A program made the position numbers and the translations under genes. Source: Clostridia bacterium (GTDB taxonomy: Bacteria > Bacillota > Clostridia > CAKSNL01 > HGM11501). From it: 62,749 bases of DNA. This document shows, one piece after another, positions 61,635 through 62,749 of the stretch. Numbering within the stretch: position 1 is the stretch's first letter; each line of letters begins with the position of its first letter. The stretch lies in the NCBI GenBank assembly GCA_045545475.1, contig JAZQAZ010000024.1, forward strand, positions 1 to 62,749. The letters are read 5' to 3'. The notes beneath the pieces were generated by a model, which had not been told where the DNA came from, searched no databases, and saw only the letters and a program-made list of their open reading frames with translations.

Positions 61635-61984
61635 TTGATATTCTCCTTCGCAGTCTGGCAGGACGAAATCAACATCACTCGAAGCGATGTGCATTTAGAT
61701 GATAATGCCTTAAAATTTTGGTCATCAATATATTTCGTTCTGAAAAGCAACTCCAACCAATATCCAGTTTCGCTTGCTTCTTTGAGTGCGATTTCAAGTT
61801 TTGAAATAAAATCTTTCTTGTCTTGTGCATCTTGTGCTTCGTGGATGTTGGCACAAATCGAAGTACCGCTTCTGCCAATTTGATTAGAAATGATAGATTC
61901 GTGATTTGCTTTCAAATGCTTTACAAGATTTATTATATCCACAGAAAAGTCCATAGAAAGTTCTGCAAGTTTATTTTCTTTCAT
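61631..61984 (-). CDS. Four helix bundle protein (23S rRNA IVP / Avd-like fold)
   Basis: NQIGRSGTSI.ANI.EA, DFISKLEIALKEASETGYWLELL; GGGAGG RBS. Confidence 0.92.
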   Translation of the reverse strand: MKENKLAELSMDFSVDIINLVKHLKANHESIISNQIGRSGTSICANIHEAQDAQDKKDFISKLEIALKEASETGYWLELLFRTKYIDDQNFKALSSKCTSLRVMLISSCQTAKENIK

Positions 61985-62005
61985 AAAACCGCCTCCCTTT
62001 TGCCA

Positions 62006-62034
62006 ATTATATCATAAAAACCGAAGCTTTTCAA
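62006..62034 (-). promoter_or_regulatory. Sigma-A promoter for the four-helix-bundle gene
   Basis: TTGAAA-17 nt-TATAAT with extended -10 TG. Confidence 0.65.
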
Positions 62035-62201
62035 TGCTGTATCGCCGATGGCGATATGATGCATTTGCTTTACAAATATGATGTTGCCCGTTTCACTCGC
62101 AATGATGCGATGTTTGCTAATAATACTAGGCGAAGCCGACATCATTTCCGAAGGAACCATCATTAGTGCAAGCGTCATCATTTGCCGTAGGCAAACATCA
62201 T
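62034..62201 (-). repeat. ATGATG/CATCAT-punctuated mini-hairpin array
   Basis: Four ATG(A/C)TG copies (62034, 62056, 62078, 62102) facing four CATCAT copies (62140, 62158, 62176, 62196), separated by small hairpins. Confidence 0.75.
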
Positions 62202-62244
62202 TCAAAAAATCATCTTTGTCTTGGTAGACAAAAGTGACTTTTCA

Positions 62245-62570
62245 TGGCTCCCCTGAATTGGACCATCGCAAATTTTGAAAAAATTTGCTGAGCGACAACT
62301 CAGGTTAATGACCATTTACCTTTGTGTAAACTACCAAGTGCCACTTAAAATATTAAAGATCCGGGCGACACCTTGTAGCAACAAAGCTTGTTTACACTAC
62401 CGTGCACAAGCTTTGCGCCGGACGACTTCGCAACGCTCCAGGCTTTGTTCCGATGTTTCACATCTCCACACGGCTAACGAGGAATATATGAACAGTTTTC
62501 ACTGTTGTATCTTAAGTCTCTGCTTGGATTACCAAGCGAGTATATCATCCCCTCTGCTCTCGCTTCAGGG
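62245..62570 (-). ncRNA. Candidate structured RNA or degenerate tRNA-Asn-like locus
   Basis: tRNA-Asn-like 5' end TCCTCGTTAGC (62483) and 3' end GTCCAATTCAGGGGAGCCA (62245); many internal hairpins; closing CCCUGAA/UUCAGGG stem. Confidence 0.4.
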
Positions 62571-62581
62571 TATTTGTTATA

Positions 62582-62614
62582 GAACATAACCACGGCCTTG
62601 CCGTGGTCATGTTC
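62582..62614 (-). other. Strong hairpin immediately downstream of the 5S rRNA (processing or pause stem)
   Basis: gaacataaccacggc-ctt-gccgtggtcatgttc. Confidence 0.6.
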
Positions 62615-62616
62615 GG

Positions 62617-62733
62617 TTCCGGCGGCGACCTATCTTCCCGGACCGTTGCCAGTCAAGTATTGTCAGCACTGCAGAGCTTAACTTCTGTGTTCGGGATGGG
62701 AACAGGTGTGACCTCTGCGTAATAACCACCGAA
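62617..62733 (-). rRNA. rrf: 5S ribosomal RNA
   Basis: Reverse complement reads TTCGGTGG...CACACCTGTTCCCATCCCGAACACAGAAGTTAAGC...GATAGGTCGCCGCCGGAA, 117 nt. Confidence 0.97.
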
Positions 62734-62749
62734 TATGGAGTACCTTTTT

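Noticed and set aside
61631-61984. Diversity-generating retroelement
   Set aside because: Avd-like fold only; no reverse transcriptase or TR/VR repeat pair seen in the window
62034-62201. CRISPR array
   Set aside because: Repeats are only 6-7 nt, invert halfway, and have 12-18 nt structured spacers; no cas genes
62245-62570. Group I intron in a tRNA, tmRNA or RNase P RNA
   Set aside because: A CAGAGACT R-like word exists, but there is no P9/terminal G arrangement or intact tRNA exon; the tmRNA GGGG...CCACCA ends and the RNase P GAGGAAAGUCC motif are absent
62275-62589. 104-aa plus-strand ORF, and the 74-aa ORF at 61981-62205
   Set aside because: No RBS or recognisable motifs; both overlay hairpin-rich non-coding sequence

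Overview
Chromosomal segment of a low-to-moderate GC Clostridia-type bacterium (PolC, sigma-A promoters, copper-amine-oxidase-N and discoidin surface proteins). It carries housekeeping genes (murA, polC, ispG, a D-Ala-D-Ala carboxypeptidase, iorAB, a likely PPi-dependent PFK, rlmH, rpoBC, mltG, rubrerythrin), two large secreted F5/8-domain proteins, a sugar/polyol catabolic locus with a frameshifted SorC-type regulator, a minus-strand run of phosphoesterase and glycan-processing genes, and a 5S rRNA gene at the right end. No CRISPR array, transposase or prophage was seen. The most unusual region is 61.1-62.7 kb: after the 5S rRNA come a ~330-nt structured element with tRNA-Asn-like ends, a branched ATGATG/CATCAT hairpin array, and an Avd-like four-helix-bundle gene coupled to a cargo gene. 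Also notable are an ArgRS-like protein lacking the catalytic core, an in-frame UGA separating a surface enzyme from its C-terminal domain, a ubiquitin-like protein with a low-complexity tail, and an extra module in RpoC. All calls come from reading the sequence by eye; no database searches were run.
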